This document shows, in pieces, positions 21,763-33,261 of a stretch of DNA of 45,374 bases. The stretch covers positions 1 through 45,374 of the forward strand of contig NKIB01014270.1 of NCBI GenBank assembly GCA_002256025.1, in the 5' to 3' direction. The notes under the pieces were generated by a model, which saw only the letters and a program-made list of their open reading frames with translations, did not search any database and was not told where the DNA came from. Position numbers and translations under genes: made by a program. Positions within the stretch are counted from its first letter, which is position 1. The number at the start of each line of letters is the position of its first letter. Source of the DNA: Asterionella formosa (Eukaryota).

Positions 21763-22700
21763 AAAGATTGCAACAGTCTTTTGCTGGTGGCAATAAATAT
21801 ATCCGACTAAGGGTAGGTTTGCTTGGCCATACACATGCTAATGTAGTGTGTTTGATGGGAAGCAACAATACTGGTCCAACATACTGTAATGTGTTAGCGC
21901 CATGTATCCTGGGGGGCATCAAAGTGAGGATGTTAATTGCATTACAATAAGCCATTTTTTGTAATCAAATCATTTTTCAAAGAAAGAAACAAGAGTCAAG
22001 TTGATTAGCAAAGGATTACTGCAACATACCTCTGGTGGAGTCATTCTATGGTTAAGAGGCACAGTATGGTGGAGATGTATACTCTGGCGCAGTCAGCAAT
22101 GGCCTCACATTGGAAAATTCAATGATTCTTACAACACTGGAAAATAACTTGTGACTCAATTTTTTCCGAAAACCATTCTTGGTTGTTCCTTGACGCATCA
22201 GACATGGGCACGTTCTGATATTAAAAAATTATTATATCATGTGTGTATTAGAACACAAATTATTTTGGCGATTTGATACATAATAACGTCGTCGCGCTCT
22301 GATAATCAAGATATTTTAGATTAGCTATCTGACATTTTATATAAATTTGACTTTAATTTATAACAGTTATAGTTTCATAGCAATGCATCCTCTTGCGTGT
22401 TATGCAGCCTCTTGTTCATTGTCCACATGAGTTCCATAATTTCACCAGTGTCAGTCACTGACCAGCATGTCGACTTACCTCTCCTCATCTCTTGATGACA
22501 AGGATGATGCCATGAGCGAACTTAAAACATGAGATAGACACATAAAAATTTCAGCTTTTCTCAAGAAGCAAGCCTTTGATCGTCAAATCAGGCCAACAGA
22601 ACTTTCACAACAAGGTATTGCTCTCCAAGAGCGTCTTTTCACTCCAAAATGAAGGCAGTCAGAGGAACTTGCATTGTTTGTTTGCCCATGCCATGGACTG

Positions 22701-22935
22701 AGCCCATCCTATTCCCGCTTTTCAACGATTAGTTCTTATCAATCCCCATAGGAATGGAGGTGAAATCAATCAAGTTTTCGATAAAATTAAATATCAATTT
22801 CATCAAAGGCGAGAGCGATTGGCAGCAAGCCCAACTTATTCCCGACTTTCAACGACATTATCGTATCAATTCCTATGGGGATGGAGGTGAAATCAATCCA
22901 GTCTTGATGACATTGAAAATCAATGTCAACAGCTG
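22701..22935. repeat. Two diverged direct repeats with a period of about 127 bp
   Basis: AGCCCA..TATTCCCG..TTTCAACGA..TATCAAT..ATGGAGGTGAAATCAATC starts at 22701 and 22828; ATGGAGGTG occurs at 22754 and 22881. Confidence 0.85.
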
Positions 22936-23228
22936 CAAGAGGAATAGGAAGGAAATCCAAATGTATTGCAGCTTGTAGATGGAGACGATCATCAAAGCGC
23001 GCCCACTTGTGTTTTCCAGGTTTTGATTTACCAAAACACGAAATTTTTTTCAGTCACATCGGGAAATTCGTCGCTTTTCCTGGCACAGACGATTTTAGTC
23101 GAAAACTTTAGTCACGTTTGGGAAATTGATTTCACACTCAAAGCACTAAATAGAATAATATTAATAATAGAATTCGACTAGAATTACTATTCATCAATAT
23201 ATTAAAACCAGTACAATTACAATCAACA

Positions 23229-23800
23229 ATGGCTCACTCATCCCCCATGGCCTCATTGTCCTCCTTGCTGTCCTCCCAGAGAGATTCTACTGATTGTCCT
23301 TGGCAAGATATTGTCTACGATGTTGCAGTCAATGAGTTGTTGGACTTGATTGCTGAGTATCGCTCAAAAGATAAAGAAAAGGCATTGGCGCTAAAGACAC
23401 AATCATGAAGACAGTCTTAAAAGTAAGTGACAACCAGCAGACTGGATATTCTTGTTGCACATCTTTGTCCACCAGAATCTTACACAGTTGTCCATTTTCA
23501 TACCTCCTCTTTCTCACGGAAGCAGCGATAACAAGCAATGATTACAATGATATGAGGAATGGGTTAATTTGCAAGAAAACTGGCGAAATAAAAGTCAAAG
23601 AAAGATTTTTCAAGGTGGACATTAGCAACCAGTAAAGCAACCAATTGGCAGGTTTCAACAATGCTACAATTAACAGATCAGCAGGGGCAAGAGGAACACC
23701 AAACTTATATTGATGATTGAGTAGTGGTGAAATTTTTTTCTCAGATGAATTTTGGGAGCTCAAATTTTGGAAATGCGATTGCATTGGAATCGCCTAGCAA
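23229..23800 (+). pseudogene. Frameshifted remnant, possibly of an HNH-endonuclease-domain gene
   Basis: Pieces LVAHLCPP and DYNDMRNGLICKK resemble the AH...NDxRNGLxL pattern of eukaryotic HNH_2 domains. Multiple stops and frameshifts. Confidence 0.3.
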
Positions 23801-25500
23801 ATGGCCTACAGATCCATAAGATCATCAATGTGCCCAAAACATATAATAGCATCTTTTCAATAATTCCTATAATTTGTTATCATTTATCCTGTTTTTTAGT
23901 TCCTCACCAATGCTACCAAAAGCACCACCATGGTTGATCAGCTGATTGATTTAACATCGCTAGTGATTTTCTCGTGTTATTGTGCTCAAGGGGTATTTCT
24001 ATGGTCGATTTTTCCAAAATAAGCAAGGAGTGATGGCTGGAATTCTTGCACGGTAAGGAACGGCTTTTTCAAAAAAATTCTAACAACCCCCAAAATAAAA
24101 TTCCTACTCAATAAGAAACAGCGTTTTTTGGCGTCGGAGAGTCACTGCCATGTTCGAATTCCTCGGGAATTGAAAAATTTAGTAAATTTCCCGAATGCGA
24201 TTTCCCGACTGGTACTAACAAGCAAGGGCCTCTCGCCGGATTTTCTTTTTGGGAGAGCATTTCTATAATACTGGACTACCGGTATCTTTTTTTAGATATT
24301 TCTGCACCAATAAGAATTTCATAATAATTCTCAGAATATTCCTTCTCCCTATTAGACCTTTATAGAAACAAGAAACAAAAGGTGAAATAAGAGCAATATA
24401 CATGTAGGTGCTGCAACACGCCCAGCGTCTAATCCGGATCGTTCCACTTCCTTTTAAAATGCCGCTGTAGAATGCATTTTCTATGCAAAAGGATGCAGAA
24501 GTCGGGGATGTGTCGGTTAGATTAGTGGCACTTTTTGTCGAGTATAAGACTAAATGGCGATACATGTGCATCGCTTTAGGGCTATTGATTTTCTTTGGCC
24601 AACCCACTGACCTGCATTGGCGTGCATCCTTTCGGTATTTACTATCCACGAGAAATAGCTAAATAACTTAACATGCATGCGTTACAGGACAAATAATTGT
24701 TGGTTCAACAGACATCGAATAATATAGCTGAAATTTTGTTTACACCCGGATTTATGACCAGCTGGCTATCCATGTTGACAGTCTCATCTGCCTCCCTTTT
24801 TGAGGTGGTTGCAAAGCGAGCAATCGATAATGAATTGATTCTTCTCTGTTGTCTAATCCCTCTTCTTATGCCAGTCAATGGGTCAAGGAAAAATGGAGTC
24901 GGGAGCAAACATTCCCGAGAGGGTATGATTCTACAAAAATGGGCCAAAAAATAAAAATTGATGTCAGGTTCATGCTTAGAACTTCTTATATAATATACAC
25001 CATTCAATTTTGAATAATTTTTCAAATAGAAGGGGCTTTAAGCCAGAGAATTTTCGGAGCTTTTACTTCATGAGAGGCAGTGACCTAAAGTTTGGTTGCA
25101 ACTAAACATCGCTCAACAGAAGTTGAAACACAGAAGGTTCTTGATTCTTTATTCATGATTTCCAATTAGCTCTCATCTTTTGTGTGAAGAATAAACATTT
25201 TCTGATTGTTGTTTTGCTGGATAGAACAACAATTATGGAACAAGATTAATAACCTTCTGACATTTGATAAAGAGCAATGTTGAAGAGCGAATTCTATTCA
25301 GGAAAGAGAGCGTACTGGTAATAAACCAGATGTTCAAAGATTTCCCCCTTTTAACTAAACAAGCTCACCTAACAATGTAAAAACTTATGTAGATTACCGG
25401 TACGGCTTATAGCTACAATAGATATTATGCATACGGTATACCGGTAATTTTATGATGTGCCTTTTTGGCAATTTTTTTCTCTCCTTATTAGTTGTTGACC

Positions 25501-26985
25501 ATGAGCGAGGGAGAGGTGCTGTCAGAAGAAGAACAGAGATATCAATGGATCTTTCACGGCAATGTGGTGGTTCCCACTGGAAATCCATATGACGAAATGG
25601 CCCTCACCCGCTCATCATCAGGCGAAGATTTGGACATGACTGATCCCACCATTGAAGTGTGGCTTGGTCCAGGCCTCAAGCTCTGTCTAAACCATGTGAT
25701 TGCAGTCGATTACGATGGAATTATTGTGTGCATGGCTCATCAGGATTCTTGGGATCTTACCCCCTTTCAAGGCAAGCCCAACTACGTGCGACTGAGCACC
25801 CACGAGTTTGTTTGTCCTGGATTTATCGATTTACATATTCATGCCCCGCAATTCGCGTTCACTGGTACTGCCACAGACAAGCCGCTCTTGGGTCCCAATG
25901 GTTGGCTAGAAACATACACATTTCCTGCGGAACGATCATTGAAATTTGACCCAAAGAAAGCGCGCAGCACATTCGACGGCGTCGTTCGCACCACTCTGCG
26001 GGCGGGCACAACTACCGCATGTTACTTTGGGACTTTGGATATCGAACCCTGCATGATTCTTGTAGATATTGCAATAGATTTGAGACAGCGTGCATGGGTA
26101 GGGAAAGTATGCATGGACCGAAATTCACCTGAGAATTATATTCAGTCCACACAACAGAATATTGACGAGACCAGGTCCCTCATTGAGTATATTCATCAAC
26201 GAGCTGGTAAGGAAGATTCCATGGAGCTCTTACCCTTAGTCATGCCTATCATCACCCCCAGATTTATACCCACTTGTACACCTCAACTCATGAAGGAATT
26301 AGGTGCTTTGGCAAAGGAATACAATTGCCACATCCAGTCTCACATTGCCGAGTCCACTGACGAAATTCAGTTTAGTAAATACTTGGACGAAACGACAGAT
26401 GGTGGAGGTGGTCGATCTGACGCAGACATTTTTGACTCGCACCAACTTTTGTCCAATCGATGCATAATGGCACATGGAGTGCACTTGACTGACGCTGACC
26501 TGGTGTTGATGAAGGATCGAGGTGCTGCTTGCTCCCATTGTCCACTCTCGAACTTTTTCTTTGCTGGCAAGTCACTCCCATGTCGCAAACTTATGGAGAG
26601 AGGAAACAAAGTTGGTTTGGCGACCGATGTAGCAGGAGGATATTCTCCCAGCATGATGAACTCGCAACGAATGGCGGTCATCGCCTCGCACTCCCTCCAT
26701 CACCAAAAAACCCGTGATGATACACAGGAAACTATCTTGGATTATAGACATGCCTTCTATTTAGCTACTCTCGGTGGAGCCCAAGCCCTTGGAGTGGATC
26801 ACAAGATTGGAACTCTTGCGGTGGGTATGGAGCTGGACGCTATCATATTGTCAGCAAATGTCAACTCACAAGTTCAAATATTTGACACCGACTCGGCTGG
26901 AGATGTCTTTCAAAAACTTTGTACGTTAGGAGATGACCGGAATATTAAGCGAGTCTATGTGCAGGGGAGGGACGTGACTGCTTGA
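25501..26985 (+). CDS. GDA: Guanine deaminase (amidohydrolase superfamily)
   Basis: Motifs PGFIDLHIHAPQ, WLETYTFPAE, GTTTACYF, GKVCMDRNSP, ITPRFIPTCT, IQSHIAES, MAHGVHL, HCPLSN, GLATDVAGG and GDDRNIKRVYVQG. First ATG is at 25501. Confidence 0.95.
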   Translation: MSEGEVLSEEEQRYQWIFHGNVVVPTGNPYDEMALTRSSSGEDLDMTDPTIEVWLGPGLKLCLNHVIAVDYDGIIVCMAHQDSWDLTPFQGKPNYVRLSTHEFVCPGFIDLHIHAPQFAFTGTATDKPLLGPNGWLETYTFPAERSLKFDPKKARSTFDGVVRTTLRAGTTTACYFGTLDIEPCMILVDIAIDLRQRAWVGKVCMDRNSPENYIQSTQQNIDETRSLIEYIHQRAGKEDSMELLPLVMPIITPRFIPTCTPQLMKELGALAKEYNCHIQSHIAESTDEIQFSKYLDETTDGGGGRSDADIFDSHQLLSNRCIMAHGVHLTDADLVLMKDRGAACSHCPLSNFFFAGKSLPCRKLMERGNKVGLATDVAGGYSPSMMNSQRMAVIASHSLHHQKTRDDTQETILDYRHAFYLATLGGAQALGVDHKIGTLAVGMELDAIILSANVNSQVQIFDTDSAGDVFQKLCTLGDDRNIKRVYVQGRDVTA

Positions 26986-27022
26986 ATGTTAATCAGTAGG
27001 ATACATTTGTCAATTAGCTGTA

Positions 27023-28423
27023 CTATGTTTCAGAGATTCTTTTCATTGGTTCGTTTAGCTTCTCCTTCCCTTGACCAATGTGAGGGGGATTTGGAAAACC
27101 CGCAGGTTCTATATCTCGTAATTTATCCAAACATTCGTAGCCACACCCTGAATCCCAAAATAGGCAATTGTGAGTGGTTCGATGGAAGACACCGTCTGAT
27201 GTACACGGTGGGACTGTCGTCGGGAGGCACGTTTCCTTAGCCACTGCTTGCAATCGCCGATATTCTACCAGCTGTCGATGCACTTCCTCTCTCCCAAGAG
27301 CTTCAATAGTTAAGTCCAGGGACCTAATCGCAGCATGGTAGAGCAATGTATCACCGTTGACCCGTTCTGCCCATTCGGGTCCATTAAAAAAGGTCTGCAT
27401 TAGTGGTGGCACATACTGCGGCACAATATAGTGACACTTTCCCCCAATCGCTCCATCGTCAAAGCCTCCATTTCCCTTCGCAGACAAGTGCAAGATATCG
27501 TTGAATTCTAAATTTAACAACATTTTCAAGACGACTAACGATTCATCCATTCTCTCTGTAATACCAATAAAGTCATACCCGACTAGAATTTCGTCAACCG
27601 CTTTCTGTTTGTCTTCCCATGTCGCATTTCCCCCCTGAAATTTTCCTAGACTCATGTCCCATAAGAAGTAATTGTTGAGAAACTCCCTGGACATGAGATA
27701 TGCTTTAAAGTTCGCAGCGGATGGTTCAAATTTTAATCGTGAAACCCCAAAATGGAAAAATTCCGACACGGCCCGTTCGGTAGGTTCTCTGAGAAAGGAG
27801 AACAAATAGGATTTTTCCTTGTCCCGCTTGCCATACTGGAGTATGCTGGCAGGCGTATGGTCAAATCTAACCTTGCACATGGGGAAGGAACTAGCAGCAC
27901 GGCGTGCCATATTTCGTGCAATACGAATGGTAACTCCCCCCAGGGTAGAGGAGCCAGTTTTCATATTGCGTAGAAACAACAGGCCTGTGCGAGTTGGAGA
28001 TCGAGCTACAGAGGGTTTGTCCCACTCAGCTTCGGCGGGAAAACATGGAAATGGGTGGTTCGAATAGTTCCAAGGCAAAAAGATGCGTTGAGGGCCGTCA
28101 TAGTTAGGCGGAACTTGTCCACGCAAGGTTGGCACTTTGTTCGATTCCTTTAGGAGAGGAGCAGGTTCATGTTCTGTGTGGGGCGATGCCACTGTTTTAC
28201 GATCATTCCACTCCTCCTCTGTGCTATCACAGTCAATAGTGAAAGTGCGACTCGACCAATAGACATGAGAAAACAGAACCGCTAGCACCATCATGACTTT
28301 GAGCATTCGATGTGTTTCAGCTATCATTGTTGCGTTTCTATGCTTAGGTTTTTGTTGTGATGAGCGCAGTTGAGGATTTTCGAATGCCCTGGATGGCGAC
28401 TGGGGGTTGACGATGTTGGCCAT
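27023..28423 (-). CDS. Type II membrane PAPS-dependent sulfotransferase (galactose-3-O-sulfotransferase-like), 466 aa
   Basis: N-terminal TM anchor (VMMVLAVLFSHVYW), 5'-PSB-like FLRNMKTGSST, 3'-PB-like FLREPTERAVSEFFH and YDFIGITERMDESLVVL. Confidence 0.8.
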   Translation of the reverse strand: MANIVNPQSPSRAFENPQLRSSQQKPKHRNATMIAETHRMLKVMMVLAVLFSHVYWSSRTFTIDCDSTEEEWNDRKTVASPHTEHEPAPLLKESNKVPTLRGQVPPNYDGPQRIFLPWNYSNHPFPCFPAEAEWDKPSVARSPTRTGLLFLRNMKTGSSTLGGVTIRIARNMARRAASSFPMCKVRFDHTPASILQYGKRDKEKSYLFSFLREPTERAVSEFFHFGVSRLKFEPSAANFKAYLMSREFLNNYFLWDMSLGKFQGGNATWEDKQKAVDEILVGYDFIGITERMDESLVVLKMLLNLEFNDILHLSAKGNGGFDDGAIGGKCHYIVPQYVPPLMQTFFNGPEWAERVNGDTLLYHAAIRSLDLTIEALGREEVHRQLVEYRRLQAVAKETCLPTTVPPCTSDGVFHRTTHNCLFWDSGCGYECLDKLRDIEPAGFPNPPHIGQGKEKLNEPMKRISET

Positions 28424-29160
28424 TTTTGTAAAATAGTTCTTTACATTGAATTTTAGCTCTCAGCAGGAGCTATGCGGATCGATCTTCTTCCGAGTAGATG
28501 CGTTAGTTAATTTTATACATTTATACATAGAAATTGTATTCGCTGGACCTCCCTGGAAGGTCCTGTAAAACACGTTTTTATCAGCTAAATATCTCCATTA
28601 ACGGACCTTCCTTCACATTTTTCTCAAGGTGGAACAAAACACCAAATAAGTCCCTAGTCGCCATAGACAATCTTAGCTGACGTGCAATAATTCTGTTGGT
28701 CCTTGTTGGCACTAGTATTTATAATTATTTAGCTATCACAGTGGGATCCTTTTGAACGTATTTGTAGCATGAATACCCTGGTACCAGGTACTGTTGATAG
28801 CAGGTACCATATAAATATACCGGGTGCTGCACCCCGCTCTGTTTTAAGTATGTTTGGTATTTAAAAGCGCGCGCCCGAAAGATAAATACCGGTCCAACCA
28901 TCCACCGGTGCTACATATTGTTATTTCATCGCTAGTGTTCGGAATAATAAAATGATATACCATCATATGAATACCGTGCGTACATATAAGTAGTGTCATG
29001 TTAAGGAGCTCTACCGGTGGGAGCGAAATTGAAAACCTATTACAACTACCGGTATACTATTCATATTTTGTTATTGTCATGTGCATTGAACCTCATGTCA
29101 CAACCCCATGAAACAATTTGAACTTTGACTCGTACATCATTGCTGCCTGCACATCCCATC

Positions 29161-32100
29161 ATGAGCAACAATAACAACAAACGAGAAGGCTTTCGTCCTC
29201 GATTGTTCGACGACGATGATGCGCCTCCCTTTCAGCCTACACCAAGAAAAGCAGTCGAGTCAACGACGACTTCCCCCCGCCGTCCTCCGCAAGCTTCTCC
29301 TGAATCTACTCGTTCTGTCAAGTCAGATGGTTGGCAGGAGGAACTTTTTATTCCTGGTAGTGCTCCGCGGGCAAGGAACAATCCACTCTCATCGTCGACA
29401 CAAACTCCGGCAAATCCACCGAGGCCACAGCGACCTTCATCAACCGCTTCTAGCGAGTGGCAGACTGGCATGTTTATTCCGGGGAGTAGTGTGGAAATGT
29501 CTCAAGAAGATTCGTTCAACAAGAGGCAACAAAGGGTGGCCGAGTCTTCCGACAAAGTTAGGGAGCAAAATGAACGGAAGATCAAGAAACAAGAACTGTT
29601 GCGTCAAAATATATCTGCGGAGGCAGCAATTCATTATTTGTCAACTCCAATTGTACCAGCGCCATTCTTAACTCCAAAGGATGAAAAATCATCATCTAAT
29701 GTTGCTGAAAAAGTTCAAGTGGTGCCAACTTCCTTGGACTCCTCCCTGTCGAAAAGCTCCCAGATTCAGTCAAGAGGGAGCATCAAGATTGCCCCTGGTC
29801 TTTCCCCACATGAGACGGGAACCATGGATGCTCTATTGTCAGTTGGAACCCACAAGACAGCACAAGGAAAACAATCAGCAAAGGAGTTGTTATCGGTTCA
29901 AGATCATGCTACTGGTACACGAATGGATTGTACAGGAAAGGCACGCTCTGAAGGGAACATTTCGAAACCACAGAGCTGGGAATACCAACCAAGTAGAGCA
30001 GGGTCAGAAGGGACATACGCGTATCCATCTATTGAGAATCCCGTTGAATCACAGGCAACGACGAATTTAAATTCGAGGCCAGCGTTTTCGGCACTGTCAA
30101 GCAAATCCACTATGAAAGATACGTCGACAAGAATGAAAGTCCCCGTCGAAAAGAAGAAGAAAGGTATCGCATGGACTGATGAATTATTTGTAGTAGGGGC
30201 CGACAAAATTACAAGCGCAGAAATACCAAGTAACGGCCCCTTGTCTGAGAACAAGAAAGTAGGCGACGATCATCCTCGAAGGCTAACATCATTGTCTAAA
30301 GCCAAATCAATGCGTATCGACGATAAGGACAAAAGGGACATGCGTTGGAACTGGAGTCAGCTGTTGATTTCGAAAACATTCACACCCTACCGAAAAATGC
30401 TAGCAAAAGATGATGATTTATTGCCTGATGATGACGATTTCAACATCTTTGAGGACAGTGAAGATGCGACGAAGGAAAAGTATGATTTTGTACGTGATTC
30501 CATGCTCGAAAATGGAGAATTGACTGAACGCGAAATTGCTTGCTTTTTCGAGGGATTTTCTTTATTCGCTGTTAAAGTGCGTTCGTTGGAATCGCAGCTG
30601 GAATCCATGAAATCTGTGAGTCGAGTTGCAAATCATGACTTCGAAATGAGGTCTATGAGAATGCAGTCTATAGTGCAAAGTCAAAGTGTGGGAAGTGGTA
30701 TCGCTACAAGAAATAGCATTATGAAACGTGCTCAATCTGGCAAACGAGACATGCTGTTGTTGGCACATAAAAGCGGTAGTACTTCCTCGGATGAGGGGAA
30801 AATGACAAGGAGTACCACTGCATTGCCTGATCCAGTTAGCTTTGCGCAAAAATCCCTTCGAGCATTGTCCATCAAGAAGATTCAAACTGATCATAGAGGT
30901 GATGATAAGGTTCAGCAGCTCCTTGCTGAGCTGGAAGAGGCGGAAAAGAAGCAGAAGAAACTAGAAAAGCAACTCCAACAAGCTGGCATATTGATTGCAG
31001 AGGATATTCCTTTCGAGGAAGCCAAGGCAGAAGTTGCTAGAATTGCAAAACGCATGGAAGAGATTGGTTCGGCAGATGTCAAGCACGAGGACAAGAACGA
31101 GCAAGCAAGACTTCGGGAAGAATACTTTAAGCTGGAACAAGACATGGAGAAATTCAACACTGCTCTTACTTTGACAGATGAATGGATTGAAGAGCAAGAA
31201 GAAATGGAGCAAAAATGGGAAGACAATAACGCTCCTGAAAACGAGGAAGCCCTCAAAAAGCTTCGTAGGCATATGCCGGTAAATGTGAAATCACTCAGTG
31301 AAGCACAACTCAGTTCTGATTTCACACCAAACGGCAAAGTATTGCCCCAGGCTATCGCAAGAAAATTCAAAAGAACCAATGTACTACAATTGATCCGAAC
31401 AAATCCTGATGACTTAGTTCGAGTACATCCATCAACACTCGAGAATCTTCGTGTGACGGGTTTAACACTCACTGAGCGCCGAGCCCTTTATGCTCATCTG
31501 CTGCCGGTTGGACCCCGCTGGAAGGCCATGCAAGCTGACCAAATGACAGAGCGAAAATGGAACTGGTACAAGACAATGAAATTGAATTTTACTGAGAATC
31601 TGGATTCTTATCAACGCCATGTTGCACGTTATGGTCCACCTGGAAACCATCCATATGCAACTCGAGACAACCCAAATGAGGGTTGTCCCTTGCTTGGAAA
31701 ACAGTGCCCACTCAAGGCTGACAAGTTGATTGATTATGACAATGACTACGGGTACACCGACAATGCAGAATTCGAAGAATCTAATGTCCGAAAGGCTGAT
31801 AGTGAGGACCCTGGTGCCAAAGCCATGCGAGAGGCAGCTGAGTTTGCTCGTGAGAAGAAGGCTGGCCTTCGTGGTGATCTCCTGAAAAAGCATTACAAGG
31901 GTAAAGTGTTGCAAGTCTCTTTGGCAAATGGCAGTTGTGAAGCAATGGACGAAACAATGGATAAGATAGATATGTGGCATACAAAATGGATTGGCCAGCG
32001 TGTTTCGGACAGCAATGAAATCACCGATGCGTCAGTTAGGAAAGAAATGACAGCTTTCACTGATGCTCTAAACGAACTGAAGCTCATGGTACTGCAATTC

Positions 32101-33261
32101 GCTGAGAGAAGTGGCATGCAATTGACTGGAAAGAAGGATGCCAATGCAGACCAACCTGACATCCGAAGTCCAGTGGAACTGGGCCTATCTGAAGAAGTTT
32201 ATGAATTTGCTGACGACTTCTTCAAAGGAATTATTGAGCGAATGGCAGAATTGAAAACCAAAGACGGTCGCATGAAATTAACTATTGATCAACTTCGCGA
32301 TCTTTTAGTTGAATTGCATGATAGAAATGTTGCTACTTTGAAAGAGCTTGGTATCGATAGGCCAGAGCCATCTCGAAAGCGCAAGACTCGTAAGGAGATC
32401 GAAGCTGAGGCAAAGTCAAAGATGCAACCAGAAGAGCAAGCTATCGCCGTGGAAGCCCTTATAAATGACCGGCCAGTTGGTGGCCCAGGCAGAGGCGGAT
32501 TGATGGATGCTATTGCTGGACGAGGAAGAGGTCCACCTGGGAGAGGAGGCTTGATGGATGCCATCGCTGGCCGTGGTAGAGGAAGAGACCAAGGCAGAGG
32601 TGGCTTGAATGCGGCCATCGCAGCTCGAGGAGAACGGGGAGGTAGTATTGATCTTATGGCTGCCATAGCAGCACGAGGTAAAGGAAGAGAGGAGCAAGTT
32701 CATGGAGGTGGTCGCGGAAGCCTAATGTCAGCAATCACTGCCAGGGGTGGCGGTCGAGGTAATGTTCGTGACACTGGTGGTGGAGATCTTATGGCAGCAA
32801 TCAAGGCTCGTGGGAGTGCTGGAAGGGGAAATGCACGTGACGCTGGTGGTGGCAACCTGATGGCTGCAATCAATGCTCGGGGAAGTGCAAGGGAGGCTGG
32901 GATTGAGCGCCACCGAAATGCTGCAGAGGAATCGCCTGCTTCAGGAAGCGAACTTAGACCTAGGGGAAGCTCAGGGCAAGGCCGTGCACAAGATGCTGGT
33001 GGAGGAGAGTTCCTTGCCATGGTTAAAGCAAGAGGAGGTGGTGGAAGTGGAAGCTTTGGCAGCAAGGGTGCCATTGTCGCGGAAGGAACAGCCGAATCTC
33101 TCAAAGACGATGGCGCTGTAGAGGTAACGCAACCATCTCCTTCCGGTAGACCAATTATTGGTTTGCAGGAAGGCAACGTTCGAAGCACCCCAACAGGAAT
33201 GGGTGGGTTGTTAGCTGAGTTGCAAGCCCGCAATGCAGCAAAGGAACATGCCAAAAAATAG
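29161..33261 (+). CDS. Large protein of unknown function: disordered N-terminus, coiled coil, globular core and C-terminal Gly/Arg-rich WH2-like repeats
   Basis: Uninterrupted ORF of more than 1300 codons with first ATG at 29161. Coiled coil VQQLLAELEEAEKKQKKLEKQLQ; repeated G(R)GxLMxAIxARG units near the C-terminus. Confidence 0.85.
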   Translation: MSNNNNKREGFRPRLFDDDDAPPFQPTPRKAVESTTTSPRRPPQASPESTRSVKSDGWQEELFIPGSAPRARNNPLSSSTQTPANPPRPQRPSSTASSEWQTGMFIPGSSVEMSQEDSFNKRQQRVAESSDKVREQNERKIKKQELLRQNISAEAAIHYLSTPIVPAPFLTPKDEKSSSNVAEKVQVVPTSLDSSLSKSSQIQSRGSIKIAPGLSPHETGTMDALLSVGTHKTAQGKQSAKELLSVQDHATGTRMDCTGKARSEGNISKPQSWEYQPSRAGSEGTYAYPSIENPVESQATTNLNSRPAFSALSSKSTMKDTSTRMKVPVEKKKKGIAWTDELFVVGADKITSAEIPSNGPLSENKKVGDDHPRRLTSLSKAKSMRIDDKDKRDMRWNWSQLLISKTFTPYRKMLAKDDDLLPDDDDFNIFEDSEDATKEKYDFVRDSMLENGELTEREIACFFEGFSLFAVKVRSLESQLESMKSVSRVANHDFEMRSMRMQSIVQSQSVGSGIATRNSIMKRAQSGKRDMLLLAHKSGSTSSDEGKMTRSTTALPDPVSFAQKSLRALSIKKIQTDHRGDDKVQQLLAELEEAEKKQKKLEKQLQQAGILIAEDIPFEEAKAEVARIAKRMEEIGSADVKHEDKNEQARLREEYFKLEQDMEKFNTALTLTDEWIEEQEEMEQKWEDNNAPENEEALKKLRRHMPVNVKSLSEAQLSSDFTPNGKVLPQAIARKFKRTNVLQLIRTNPDDLVRVHPSTLENLRVTGLTLTERRALYAHLLPVGPRWKAMQADQMTERKWNWYKTMKLNFTENLDSYQRHVARYGPPGNHPYATRDNPNEGCPLLGKQCPLKADKLIDYDNDYGYTDNAEFEESNVRKADSEDPGAKAMREAAEFAREKKAGLRGDLLKKHYKGKVLQVSLANGSCEAMDETMDKIDMWHTKWIGQRVSDSNEITDASVRKEMTAFTDALNELKLMVLQFAERSGMQLTGKKDANADQPDIRSPVELGLSEEVYEFADDFFKGIIERMAELKTKDGRMKLTIDQLRDLLVELHDRNVATLKELGIDRPEPSRKRKTRKEIEAEAKSKMQPEEQAIAVEALINDRPVGGPGRGGLMDAIAGRGRGPPGRGGLMDAIAGRGRGRDQGRGGLNAAIAARGERGGSIDLMAAIAARGKGREEQVHGGGRGSLMSAITARGGGRGNVRDTGGGDLMAAIKARGSAGRGNARDAGGGNLMAAINARGSAREAGIERHRNAAEESPASGSELRPRGSSGQGRAQDAGGGEFLAMVKARGGGGSGSFGSKGAIVAEGTAESLKDDGAVEVTQPSPSGRPIIGLQEGNVRSTPTGMGGLLAELQARNAAKEHAKK

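Noticed and set aside
24263..25025. ORFs of 85-128 aa in the spacer before guanine deaminase
   Set aside because: No recognisable motifs or splice-consistent model; probably decayed repeat DNA.
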